Shown: positions 16,662-25,645 of the stretch, piece after piece | How the letters are laid out: each line of letters starts with the position of its first letter | Position numbering within the stretch: the first letter of the stretch is position 1 | Source: a bacterium | GTDB taxonomy: Bacteria > UBP18 > UBA7526 | Reading direction: 5' to 3' | Length of the DNA: 36,827 nucleotides | NCBI GenBank assembly: GCA_030615855.1 | Contig: JAUWYL010000012.1 | Coordinates: forward strand, 1 to 36,827 | Made by a program: the position numbers and the translations under genes | Notes under the pieces: generated by a model | The model's input: only the letters and a program-made list of their open reading frames with translations | The model's database searches: none | What the model was told of the DNA's origin: nothing

Positions 16662-18245
16662 TTACCTTACAATCTGGACATCGCCCGGGTCCCTTGGTTT
16701 TATTTGCAATCTTCCCTTGTGGCTTGCGATCTCACCTGAGACCTGAATCTTTGTTCCTTGAATGAGAGAAGCTCTTTGTGGTATCTCGTCGTAGAGATCT
16801 CTCCAGATTAAGACATCTATGCTTCCCGTGCCATCACTAATCTTTATTGACCTACCTGTGGCCTCCTTAAAGACATAGACACTAGTTATGGTTCCCTTCA
16901 ATGTTGCCCTTTGACCAACTGAGGCCTGGGTGATGCTTCCAATGGAGGTGACACCGGCAACAGGAGCTGCAGTTGGAACAGTGGGTGCAGCAGGCACAGC
17001 GGGAACAGCACCTAAAATTTGAATATCTCCCGAGCTCCTTGGTTTAATCTGGGGCCTCCCCTTGTAACTTGCGATTTCTCCTGAGACCTGAATCTTTGTT
17101 CCTTGAACGAGAGAAGCTCTCTGTGGTATCTGGTCGTAGAGATTCTTCCAGATTACAACATCTATAGTTCCTGTGCCATCACTTATCTTTAAGGTACGAC
17201 CCTTGGCCTCCTTAAAGACCCTAACAGAGGTTATTGTTCCTTTTAATGTTGCCCACTGACCAACACTGGCCTGGGTGATACTACCAATGGAGGTCACACC
17301 AGCAGCTGGAGCAGTTGGTGCAGCCTCTGCAGGGGAAGGCCCGATGACTGGAGCTGCTGCTAAGTCGGAGGTAAATTTGACCCTCTCCGGCATCTGAACC
17401 GTCATGCTGGGCCGGCCCGCCATGACCTGAAGTTGGCCTGCTACCTCCACTCGATCTCCCATCTTGGGAAGTCTGTTCGTTCTCAATAGTTCCTCAACTG
17501 TTATACCAAGGGATTCTGCATACCCCCTTATCAATCCCTGGGCGGTCTTGCCCCAGGATCTAATCTGTATGTCACCAGTACCGTCACTTACCCGGAAATA
17601 GAGAGAATTAATCTTCTCGATGCCCAGAGCAAGAGGGGTTATCTGGGCAGGAGGGGGTTCAATCTCACTGACAGAGATTATTTTTATCTCAGTTGGCGAG
17701 CCAAGCCCTATTTGGAGTTGCCCTCTGTAAGTTTTAACCACTCCTTCCACAGAGATGGGGGTTCCCTCCCTCAACGATTGTCTATAAGGAATCATATTGT
17801 AAAGGCTATCCCACATCACAACATTGACGGTGCCCGTTCCATCGTCGATCTTCAGCGACCTCCCTCCCGGGAAGGTTCTAACATTTATAATCGTTCCCTT
17901 TGTCTTCACCTTCTGCTTAATAATCGCCTCACTTATCTGGCCGATGCGTGCTTCCTCTGCTCCTGCGATAAAATATGTTGCATCCCGGGTTAGAGTACCG
18001 CAGATCCGGATATAGGCCCAGTTCATGGTCTCGGTGATATCCTTGACCTTTATGGTTGGAATCTCTATAATCCTCACCGCAAAGTATAGGAGGATTAATC
18101 CGACAACAGCCACCACTACGGCGCCATACCTGAAGAACCTGACGGTCATTCTCTTCTTGACCGCTGCTCCACAGTAGGGACATTTCTCATGAATCCCAAC
18201 AAACCTTCCACAACTGGGACAGATTACCTCTTGGTCTTTTTCCAT
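16662..18245 (-). CDS. Zinc-ribbon + TM + four OB-fold domain protein
   Basis: CPSC..CPYC, one TM helix, four DGTG-containing OB repeats; ATG 18245 after AAAGGAGG. Confidence 0.8.
   Translation of the reverse strand: MEKDQEVICPSCGRFVGIHEKCPYCGAAVKKRMTVRFFRYGAVVVAVVGLILLYFAVRIIEIPTIKVKDITETMNWAYIRICGTLTRDATYFIAGAEEARIGQISEAIIKQKVKTKGTIINVRTFPGGRSLKIDDGTGTVNVVMWDSLYNMIPYRQSLREGTPISVEGVVKTYRGQLQIGLGSPTEIKIISVSEIEPPPAQITPLALGIEKINSLYFRVSDGTGDIQIRSWGKTAQGLIRGYAESLGITVEELLRTNRLPKMGDRVEVAGQLQVMAGRPSMTVQMPERVKFTSDLAAAPVIGPSPAEAAPTAPAAGVTSIGSITQASVGQWATLKGTITSVRVFKEAKGRTLKISDGTGTIDVVIWKNLYDQIPQRASLVQGTKIQVSGEIASYKGRPQIKPRSSGDIQILGAVPAVPAAPTVPTAAPVAGVTSIGSITQASVGQRATLKGTITSVYVFKEATGRSIKISDGTGSIDVLIWRDLYDEIPQRASLIQGTKIQVSGEIASHKGRLQIKPRDPGDVQIVR
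16665..17306. repeat. Intragenic tandem duplication, 345-bp period (last two OB domains)
   Basis: gagacctgaatctttgttccttgaa at 16738 and 17083; ccaatggaggt at 16939 and 17284. Confidence 0.9.
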
Positions 18246-18284
18246 CTGATTCCTCCTTTGCAATACCTTAGCGTTTTTGCGTTA

Positions 18285-19868
18285 TTAGTGTCTGAAGTGT
18301 CTTATTCCAGTAAAGGCCATGGCTATATTATGCTCGTCACAGGCTTTAATTATTTCTTTATCTCTTATTGAACCCCCTGGTTGGATAATAGCAGAAACCC
18401 TTGCTTTCGCTGCCTCATCGATGGAATCCCTAAAAGGGAAGAAGCCATCAGAAGCCATCACTAAGGGGATGTGGGATGTGGGATGTGGGATGTGGGATTG
18501 CATTTTTGAAATGGCGATTTTGACTGCGTCAATACGAGAGGTCTGGCCAGCACCGATGCCCAAAGCCTCGGTCTTGTTGCCTATGACGATAGCATTGGAC
18601 TTAATATATCTTACCACTTTCCAATTGAAAAGTAAAGCCTTTATTTCTTCTTGAGTGGGCGATCTTCTGGTCATCACTTTCAGCTCTTTAATTTCGATAT
18701 CTTCAGTATCTCTATCCTGAACCAATAATCCCCAGTCTACTGTCCGCATATCTTTTTGGTGATCGGTGATCCGACCCGGCTTTGCCGGGTGCCCGCGGTG
18801 ATCGGTGATTTTTATTACTCGTAGATTCTTCTTCCTCTTCAAAACTCTCAAAGCCTGAGGAGTGAATTCAGGGGCGATCACTGCCTCAATGAAGGTGGAG
18901 GTTAGCTCTCCAGCTGTAGGAGTATCGACCTTTCTATTCAGGCCGACCACTCCTCCAAAGGCAGAAAGGGGATCGCAGGCTCTCGCCTTTCGATAGGCGC
19001 TAACTAAATTTCTATCTCTCGCTACTCCGCAGGGGTTGGTATGCTTAATAATAACCGCAGTCGGCTCCTTAAACTCTTTGACTATAGTTAAAGCAACATC
19101 CAGATCCAGAATGTTATTAAAGGATAACTTCTTCCCCCATAGTTGCTTCCAATTTTGCATTTTGCATTTTACATTTTGCATTTGATACAGGGCTGCCCTC
19201 TGATGGGGATTCTCCCCATACCTCAAATTCTGTACCTTCTCATATTCTAGGTATAATTCTCTCGGTAACTGGTAACTGGTAACTGGTAACTGGTAACTCT
19301 TTAAGTATCCATATACCATTCTATCATATTTCAGGAGATATCTAAGGGCTTTTTTTGCTAAATTCTCTTTAGTCTTTTGTGATAGATTGCCCTTTCTTTT
19401 CCTTAATTCATCTAGGGTTCTTTTATAATCTTCAGGATTGATGATTACTCCCACATTCTGGTAGTTTTTGATCGCTGCTCTAATCAGAGCTGCTCCTCCA
19501 ATATCCATACCCTCTAAATTTTTCCTGGGGGGGTAGAGGTTAACGGCGACAAGATTGATGGGTTTTATATCTTCTCTGGCCAGCTCTTTCAAATGCTTTC
19601 TGTTACGTAAGGCTAATATGCCCCCAAAAATCGCAGGATGCAGGGTCTTTACTCTCCCTCCTAAAATTTCCTTAAAGTCTGTAATCTCTGAGACGGTTTT
19701 GACTGGGATATCCTTCTTTTTAAGTGTTCTCGCTGTGCCCTTAGTAGCGATGATTTCAAAGCCCAATCTCACTAATCCCTTAGCAAAAGGAACAAGACCT
19801 TCTTTATCGGCAACACTAATTAAAGCTCTCTTTATTTTCTTTCCCGTCGAAAATTTTTCATTTTTCAT
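18285..19868 (-). CDS. purH: Bifunctional AICAR transformylase / IMP cyclohydrolase
   Basis: RALISV, GRVKTLHP, LRYGENPHQ, KHTNPCGVA, KSNAI, ASDGFFPF, GIRHFRH. Confidence 0.97.
   Translation of the reverse strand: MKNEKFSTGKKIKRALISVADKEGLVPFAKGLVRLGFEIIATKGTARTLKKKDIPVKTVSEITDFKEILGGRVKTLHPAIFGGILALRNRKHLKELAREDIKPINLVAVNLYPPRKNLEGMDIGGAALIRAAIKNYQNVGVIINPEDYKRTLDELRKRKGNLSQKTKENLAKKALRYLLKYDRMVYGYLKSYQLPVTSYQLPRELYLEYEKVQNLRYGENPHQRAALYQMQNVKCKMQNWKQLWGKKLSFNNILDLDVALTIVKEFKEPTAVIIKHTNPCGVARDRNLVSAYRKARACDPLSAFGGVVGLNRKVDTPTAGELTSTFIEAVIAPEFTPQALRVLKRKKNLRVIKITDHRGHPAKPGRITDHQKDMRTVDWGLLVQDRDTEDIEIKELKVMTRRSPTQEEIKALLFNWKVVRYIKSNAIVIGNKTEALGIGAGQTSRIDAVKIAISKMQSHIPHPTSHIPLVMASDGFFPFRDSIDEAAKARVSAIIQPGGSIRDKEIIKACDEHNIAMAFTGIRHFRH
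18466..18498. repeat. (GGGATGT)x4.7 in frame in purH
   Basis: Perfect array; encodes SHIPHPTSHIP. Confidence 0.95.
18758..18809. repeat. (GGTGATC)x4 split by hairpin ACCCGGC-TTT-GCCGGGT, in frame in purH
   Basis: Encodes ITDHRGHPAKPGRITDHQ. Confidence 0.9.
19152..19184. repeat. (ATTTTGC)x4.7 in frame in purH
   Basis: Encodes QMQNVKCKMQN. Confidence 0.92.
19264..19298. repeat. (GGTAACT)x5 in frame in purH
   Basis: Perfect array; encodes SYQLPVTSYQLP. Confidence 0.95.
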
Positions 19869-19879
19869 TTTACATTTTT
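19853..19879. repeat. (ATTTTTC)-type array spanning the purH start and upstream stop
   Basis: atttttc atttttc attttac attttt. Confidence 0.75.
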
Positions 19880-20440
19880 ACTTGATAATTGTCTGGTGAC
19901 TTCATCTGTTTTTAATACCAATCCGATATTCTCCTTAAAATATTTTAGGGCGGCCCTGTGTAGGTCTCTATGAGTAGCACTTACTACGTCAGAGACTACT
20001 ATTACCTCATAATCCCGGAAGTAGGCATCCCTTACCGTAGAAGAGACGCAGCAGCTGGTGGTCACCCCGCAGACGATGAGCCTTTTAACTTTTAATCTCT
20101 TCAAAAGCCTATCCAGGCCTGTCTTATAGAAAGCACTATACCTTCTCTTCCTAACAATATATTCTTTCTTTTGAGGATTAATCTCAGGAATGAGCCTTGC
20201 TCCAGGAGTATTCTCTATACAATAGGCACGGTTATACTTTTTATCCAGCAGAGCCCAGTCGCTTCTATCCTTTTTGTGAGAAGTAACAGCATAAACGATG
20301 GGAATTTTTTTCTTGCGGCAGGCAGTTAAGAGTTTAACTATCTTAGGAATAATCTTCTTGACAGGCGGAACGTAGACCGGTGAGTTCTTAAAATAGATGA
20401 AGTCGTTCTGCATATCAACGACTAAGAGCACGGTCCTCAC
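19865..20440 (-). CDS. Isochorismatase family cysteine hydrolase
   Basis: LLVVDMQNDF, KRRYSAF, GVTTSCCVSSTVRDA; GTG 20440 is the likely start. Confidence 0.92.
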   Translation of the reverse strand: MRTVLLVVDMQNDFIYFKNSPVYVPPVKKIIPKIVKLLTACRKKKIPIVYAVTSHKKDRSDWALLDKKYNRAYCIENTPGARLIPEINPQKKEYIVRKRRYSAFYKTGLDRLLKRLKVKRLIVCGVTTSCCVSSTVRDAYFRDYEVIVVSDVVSATHRDLHRAALKYFKENIGLVLKTDEVTRQLSSKNVK

Positions 20441-20526
20441 CCCGCACCTTTTTATATTCCTCTTTTTCCGTGTTCCTGTCAAAGGTGTGGGGTTCAATTC
20501 CTTCTTCTTGCTTAAAGGTGCGGGGC
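20439..20526. mobile_element. MITE-like element with CCCCGCACCTTT terminal inverted repeats
   Basis: accccgcaccttt (20439), aaaggtgtggggt (20481), aaaggtgcggggc (20514); same ends at 29915-30019. Confidence 0.55.
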
Positions 20527-21819
20527 TCATATACCCAATCTCTTGTATATCTTAGCCACATTGCGAAGATAATACTTGAGATTAAAGCAGCCTTCTATCT
20601 CTCGGGGCTTGAGATGTCTAGTGACTTTTTTATCCTTTAATAGAGAGTCTTTGAACTCTAAACCCTTTTCTTTTGCCCGGAAGGCATTCCTCTGGACAAG
20701 GGCATAGGCCTCTTTTCGAGAAAGGCCCTTCTTCATCAATTCCAATAATACCTTTTCAGAGAAGATCAGACCCTTTGTCTTCTCCAAGTTCTCTCGCATC
20801 TTTTCGGGATAGACCTTCAAGCCTTCTATTATTACTCTGAACTTATGGAACATATAATCAACTAAGATGCTCGAATCCGGGATAATGATCCTTTCCACAG
20901 AGGAATGGCTAATATCCCTCTCTTCCCATAAAGGAATATTCTCCAGACCTGCTAAAAGATTTCCCCTTACTATACGTGCCAGGCCACAGAGCCTCTCACA
21001 GATTACGGGATTCCTCTTATGGGGCATGGCGGAGGATCCCTTCTGTCTTTTAGCGAAGGGCTCCTCCACTTCCCCGATCTCTGTCCTCTGCAGGTTCCTC
21101 AAGACAAGGGCAAATTTCTCCAAAGAGGTAGCGATCAGGGCTAAAGTAGCCAGATATCGGGCCTGCCTATCCCTCTGAATGATCTGGGTGGAGATGGGAG
21201 CGGGCTTCAGATTCAATCTTTTCAAGACTATCTTCTCCACTCTGAGATCGATATTGGAATAGGTTCCTACTGGCCCAGAGATCTTACCATAGGAGACCGT
21301 TTCCTTTGTCTCCTTCATCCTCTCTAAATTTCTCCTGCACTCCTCTCTCCAGAGAAGGAGTTTGAGGCCAAAGGTGGTCGGCTCGGCATGGATGCCATGG
21401 GTCCTGCCTATCATTACCGTATCCTTATATTTCTTTGCTTTCCCAAGCAGGGCCTTCATTAAATCCTCCAAATCCTTAATAATTAAGTTAGAGGATTCTT
21501 TCAGTTGTAAAGCCAAGGCGGTATCTAGAATATCGGACGAAGTGAGACCGAGGTGGAGGAATCTTGCCTCCTTGCCCACCTTTTCGCTTATTGCTTCAAT
21601 AAGAGCGATGGTCTCGTGGTGGGTTATTCTCTCGATCTCTTTTACTCTTTTGACATCTATCTTTGATCTCTTGCGAATCTTCCTTGCTGCTTTTTGGGGA
21701 ATTTGACCGATCTCTGCCAGGGCCTCGCAGACCAGGACCTCGATCTCTACATACTTCTCAAACCTATTCTCTTCACGCCAAACTTCTCCCATCTCTGGTA
21801 GAGTATACCTCTTTAACAA
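20527..21819 (-). CDS. purB: Adenylosuccinate lyase
   Basis: HLGLTSSD, GRTHGIHAEPTTFG, GSSAMPHKRNP; TTG 21819 after GGAGGAGG gives 430 aa. Confidence 0.97.
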   Translation of the reverse strand: MLKRYTLPEMGEVWREENRFEKYVEIEVLVCEALAEIGQIPQKAARKIRKRSKIDVKRVKEIERITHHETIALIEAISEKVGKEARFLHLGLTSSDILDTALALQLKESSNLIIKDLEDLMKALLGKAKKYKDTVMIGRTHGIHAEPTTFGLKLLLWREECRRNLERMKETKETVSYGKISGPVGTYSNIDLRVEKIVLKRLNLKPAPISTQIIQRDRQARYLATLALIATSLEKFALVLRNLQRTEIGEVEEPFAKRQKGSSAMPHKRNPVICERLCGLARIVRGNLLAGLENIPLWEERDISHSSVERIIIPDSSILVDYMFHKFRVIIEGLKVYPEKMRENLEKTKGLIFSEKVLLELMKKGLSRKEAYALVQRNAFRAKEKGLEFKDSLLKDKKVTRHLKPREIEGCFNLKYYLRNVAKIYKRLGI

Positions 21820-21851
21820 CTTCCTCCTCCTCCCTTCAAAATAATCACTGG

Positions 21852-21944
21852 AACCACAGATTTTCACCAGATTCTCACAAGATTTTAAAAACTTTCTCTG
21901 TGCTAATCTGTGTTAATCTCGTGGTTCTTATTTAAGTTACGATG
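21852..21944. repeat. CACAGAT-family dispersed element, copy 2 (no insert)
   Basis: Aligns with 11759-11879 once the 30-bp insert is removed. Confidence 0.85.
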
Positions 21945-21983
21945 TTGTAAACTAATCCCGTTATCCATCACCTCTACAGTAGT

Positions 21984-22011
21984 ACTATAATCAAGATTTC
22001 TGATTTGTCAA
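21984..22011 (-). promoter_or_regulatory. Probable sigma70 promoter for purB operon
   Basis: TTGACA-16 nt-TATAGT. Confidence 0.55.
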
Positions 22012-22045
22012 CCCCCCACCCCGGAACTTCCGTGGTGGGGGGTTG
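22009..22045 (-). terminator. Strong hairpin downstream of the cold-shock gene
   Basis: caaccccccacc-ccggaacttccg-tggtggggggttg. Confidence 0.55.
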
Positions 22046-22062
22046 TTTGTTAAACTAAGAAA

Positions 22063-22266
22063 TTACTTTTCTAATTTAACAACATTCTTTGCCTGAGGGC
22101 CACGGGAACTTTCTTCGATCTCAAACTCTACCTCATCACCTTCCGCTAAGGATTTGAACCCTTCGCTTGTGATGGCAGAGAAGTGAACGAAGACATCCTT
22201 ACCACCCTCTTGTTCAATGAAACCAAAACCTCTCTTTTCATTGAACCACTTCACTTTACCTCTCAT
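22063..22266 (-). CDS. Cold-shock protein
   Basis: [29 protein letters not shown]. Confidence 0.97.
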   Translation of the reverse strand: MRGKVKWFNEKRGFGFIEQEGGKDVFVHFSAITSEGFKSLAEGDEVEFEIEESSRGPQAKNVVKLEK

Positions 22267-23086
22267 CTCTTCTCCTTTCTATTAGTTTCCTTTTGATCCT
22301 ATAGATGATTCCTTTCTTTCTCTTCATCTCCTTCTTAAGTTGGGGGATGACTTCCTGGGTTGCCCGGTAGCCAGCTTGCAAGAGTTCCCGGGCCCTCTTT
22401 AAATCTACTTTGGAGATATCCCCGACCTCGGGATAGATAACGAGATCAGCATCCTTCTTGGCTCTCTCTGCTCCCTGACGGGAGATCACATCCCAGGACT
22501 GAAGAATTACCTGGAAGACGTTCTTGGGCTCCGGGCTTATGGTCGCCCTGGTATTGACATCCACCCCAATGACAAAGTCTGCCCCCATCCTGTGTAGCAC
22601 ATCTGTAGGAAGGATATTGACCACTCCCCCATCGACCAGAAGCATACCCTCATATTTTACCGGGGTATAGACCCCAGGAATAGAACAGGAGGCCTGGACA
22701 ATTCTTGCCAATGGCCCTTCCTTAAAGATCACTTCTCTTTCGCTAATTAAATCTGTGGTAACGATAGCTAAAGGAATCTTTAGTTCTTTAAAATTCCGCA
22801 CCCCGGTATGCTCTGAGACAAACTCCTCTATTCCTTTTCCCGAGATGAGGCCCATCTTAGGTAAGGTGAAGTCAGCAAGCTCCCTCCATTTTAAGGCGAG
22901 AGCCTTCTCTTCGATTTTATCGATATCCAATCCTGACGCATAGAGAGCGCCGATGAGTGCTCCGCTTGAAGCTCCAGCGATTATATCTATGGGAATCCGG
23001 GCTTCGCTTAAGGCCTTCAGAGCCCCAATATGGGCAATCCCCCTTGCCGCTCCTCCACTCAGAGCAAGACCGACCTTCACTTTCAT
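22256..23086 (-). CDS. Patatin-like phospholipase
   Basis: [17 protein letters not shown] nucleophile, DGG; ATG 23086 avoids overlap with upstream gene. Confidence 0.92.
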   Translation of the reverse strand: MKVKVGLALSGGAARGIAHIGALKALSEARIPIDIIAGASSGALIGALYASGLDIDKIEEKALALKWRELADFTLPKMGLISGKGIEEFVSEHTGVRNFKELKIPLAIVTTDLISEREVIFKEGPLARIVQASCSIPGVYTPVKYEGMLLVDGGVVNILPTDVLHRMGADFVIGVDVNTRATISPEPKNVFQVILQSWDVISRQGAERAKKDADLVIYPEVGDISKVDLKRARELLQAGYRATQEVIPQLKKEMKRKKGIIYRIKRKLIERRRDER

Positions 23087-23090
23087 AAGA

Positions 23091-24374
23091 TTAAACAAGA
23101 TACCTAAAGTAGATATAAATTGAAGCAATGAGGAGGGAAACGAGGGTTAAGGGCATCCCTACTCTGAGGAAATTCTTAAAGGTGAGGGGGGTTCTGGTCT
23201 TCTCGCTTATTCCCACCACAGCGAGATTGGCCGCAGCGCCCATGATAGTTCCGTTTCCTCCCAGGCAGGCTCCTAAGGCCAGTGCCCACCAGAGGTGGTT
23301 CATCTCTAAAGGGGGAAGACCAAGCTGGGTGCCAATCTGCTCCACTATAGGAATTAAAGCGATGACGCTGGGGACAGCACTCAATAGTGAAGAGCCGAAA
23401 GCCGCCCCCCACAAGATAATGAGGGCGATGGCTGCTGGATTCTCAGTAACCTTCAGGATGAGTCCTGCCAGATGTCCCATGATACCCACCTTCTCCAGGG
23501 CTCCCACCAGGATGAAGAGGCCGAAGAAGAAGAATAGGACGGGCCACTCAATTTCCTTAAAGATCTCTTCTGGGTTAATTCTACTTACAAATAATAGAAG
23601 GGCTGCTCCTCCAAGAGCGATGGTGGAGGGCAGGAGGTTGAAGCGATGATGGAAAATAAAGGCAAGAAGGGTGAGCCCCAAAACGATGAGCGATTTCTTC
23701 ATCAATAGAGGATCCCTTATGGCCTCCCTTTCCTTGAAGGCCGCCACCTTCCTCTCCATCTCAGGTCGCACCCGGAAGTGACGATGGAAGAAGAGTAATA
23801 AAAGTAATACCGTTACTATAAAAATGACAATGGCGATGGGAGTGAGATTAATGATGAAGTCCATGAAGGAGAGATGGGCAGCGCTTCCCACCAGGATATT
23901 CGGGGGATCCCCGATGAGGGTGGCCATTCCCCCAATATTGGCAGATAGAATCCCGGCTATTAGAAAGGGGAGAGGGCTCTTTCCTAAGGTATCAGCGATT
24001 AAAATGGCCATGGGAATGGTCAATAAGACGGTAGTGACATTATCTAAGAAAGCAGAGAGAATGGCGGTAGATGCAGAGAGGGTGATGAGAACCAGCCAGG
24101 CCCTTCCCCGGGCTAATTTAGCGGCCTTTATGGCTACATACTGGAAGAGGCCAGTCCTCGCAGTAATAGCTACGATGATCATCATCCCGATTAATAAGAG
24201 GAGGGTATTGAAATCAATATACTCTACCCAGGCCTCTTTTAGGGGAAGGATGTTCAGTATTAATATAAGGCTAGCGCCTGCTAAGGCAGCCGTGGTACGA
24301 TGAACCCTTTCGGTGACAATAAAAAAATAGGCCGCTACGAAGATGACAGCGACCAGGATCATGGATTGATTCAC
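23091..24374 (-). CDS. ArsB/NhaD (IT superfamily) permease
   Basis: SAFLDNVTTVL, ANIGGMATLIGDPPN, GACLGGNGT. Confidence 0.9.
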   Translation of the reverse strand: MNQSMILVAVIFVAAYFFIVTERVHRTTAALAGASLILILNILPLKEAWVEYIDFNTLLLLIGMMIIVAITARTGLFQYVAIKAAKLARGRAWLVLITLSASTAILSAFLDNVTTVLLTIPMAILIADTLGKSPLPFLIAGILSANIGGMATLIGDPPNILVGSAAHLSFMDFIINLTPIAIVIFIVTVLLLLLFFHRHFRVRPEMERKVAAFKEREAIRDPLLMKKSLIVLGLTLLAFIFHHRFNLLPSTIALGGAALLLFVSRINPEEIFKEIEWPVLFFFFGLFILVGALEKVGIMGHLAGLILKVTENPAAIALIILWGAAFGSSLLSAVPSVIALIPIVEQIGTQLGLPPLEMNHLWWALALGACLGGNGTIMGAAANLAVVGISEKTRTPLTFKNFLRVGMPLTLVSLLIASIYIYFRYLV

Positions 24375-24375
24375 T

Positions 24376-24834
24376 TTATTTCTTCTTTTCTATTCTATAA
24401 ACCGCTCTACAGATATCCATCTGGCTAATAATCCCTACTACCTTATCATCCCTTACCACCGGAAGGATATTTAAGCGATGATGGGCCATGACAGAGGCTG
24501 TGGCCAAGAGGGGCATATCCTCTGTGGCCGTGACTGGTTTGCGGATCATGATATCATCGATTACTAAGAGTTGGTTCAGTTCGGGAAGGGCCTCGGCCTT
24601 CAGGAGCCCAAAGTCCTCAATGTAGGATAGATCGCCCAAGAGGTCGAAGTAGTCGGGGATGAACATCATGAGAAGTTCCTTCTTGGTCACGATGCCCAAA
24701 ATCCTATTCTCCTCATCCACTACCGGCAATCCCCCATAGTGATGCTCGCTGAATATCTTCATGGCCTCCAGGATGGGTGTGGAGCGGGTAACGGTCACCA
24801 CCTCTCTGGTCATAAAGTCCTTTACCTTCTTCAT
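24376..24834 (-). CDS. CBS domain pair protein
   Basis: VKDFMTREVVTV, LPVVDE..ILGIVT, LPVVRD.KVVGIIS. Confidence 0.92.
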   Translation of the reverse strand: MKKVKDFMTREVVTVTRSTPILEAMKIFSEHHYGGLPVVDEENRILGIVTKKELLMMFIPDYFDLLGDLSYIEDFGLLKAEALPELNQLLVIDDIMIRKPVTATEDMPLLATASVMAHHRLNILPVVRDDKVVGIISQMDICRAVYRIEKKK

Positions 24835-24838
24835 TTAG

Positions 24839-25306
24839 TTACTCCGCGGCCTCTTTCTCTTCTTTTCTTATTAAGTTTATTACTTGACGAGGGGACTGGG
24901 CAGCGCGCAATCCATTCCTTATTCTCTCCTCATGTAGGAGGCGGGATATCCGGGCAAGAACCCTCAGGTAGGTCTCGTGGGCCTCCTCTGGGGCAATGAT
25001 TAAGAAAACTAAATAGACCGGCTTCTTATCCAGAGAGTCAAAGTCTATTCCCTTATCTGACTTAGCAAAAGCAATGATAATCTTCTTTGCTAAGTCTGTC
25101 TTGGCATGGGGGATGGCTATCCCATTCCCCACTCCCGTGCTTCCCAGGCTCTCCCTCTCCAATAAGATCTTAACCAGTTTTTCTCTATCTGGGATTATCC
25201 TCTGTTTTGCCAAGAGATCAGCCAATTCTTCTAAGGTCTCTTTTTTGCCCTTTGCTTGAAGGCTTAGATCGATGAGCCTCTTGTTAATAAGGTCTGATAG
25301 TCTCAT
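24839..25306 (-). CDS. PTS EIIA (fructose/Ntr-type) domain protein
   Basis: RESLGSTGVGNGIAIPHA phospho-His motif, GIDFDSLD.KPV. Confidence 0.93.
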   Translation of the reverse strand: MRLSDLINKRLIDLSLQAKGKKETLEELADLLAKQRIIPDREKLVKILLERESLGSTGVGNGIAIPHAKTDLAKKIIIAFAKSDKGIDFDSLDKKPVYLVFLIIAPEEAHETYLRVLARISRLLHEERIRNGLRAAQSPRQVINLIRKEEKEAAE

Positions 25307-25327
25307 TTTTTTACTCTCTCCTTAGAT

Positions 25328-25402
25328 TGGAGCCCGCAGAGGGATTTGAACCCCCGACCTGAGCTTTACGAAAGCCCTGCTCTACCCCTGAGCTATACGG
25401 GC
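25328..25402 (-). tRNA. tRNA-Thr(CGT)
   Basis: Cloverleaf GCCCGTA...GGGCT-TTCGTAA-AGCTC...TTCAAAT...TGCGGGC-T-CCA. Confidence 0.92.
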
Positions 25403-25406
25403 TTAC

Positions 25407-25482
<76 letters not shown>

Positions 25483-25642
25483 ACTACTTCGCTAAAGCTT
25501 CGTAGTGAAAAGCTACTTAATTACAAATAGTATACTAAACTGCTTGTCCTCCGTAGCTTCAGCAAAGGAGGAAGCTATCCCGGCATTCCAAGATAGGAAC
25601 CACGGATTTCATAGATTTCCATGGTCCGTCTAATCCGTGGTT
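25483..25642. repeat. Two REP-like palindromes (25483-25506, 25547-25572) and a mini element with 11-bp TIR AACCACGGATT (25598-25642)
   Basis: actacttcgctaaagcttcgtagt; tcctccgtagcttcagcaaaggagga; aaccacggatt...aatccgtggtt. Confidence 0.7.
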
Positions 25643-25645
25643 GCA

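Noticed and set aside
16665-17306. DGR template/variable repeat pair (prompted by the Avd-like fold at 1-156)
   Set aside because: Both copies are in-frame domains of one gene, differences are not adenine-specific (e.g. TGG/AGG, GTG/GTC), and there is no reverse transcriptase
19490-19560. Short NLYPP...MDIGG segment as a sign of purH decay
   Set aside because: Frame and motifs are intact; short versions of this loop occur in functional PurH (Thermotoga-type, from memory)
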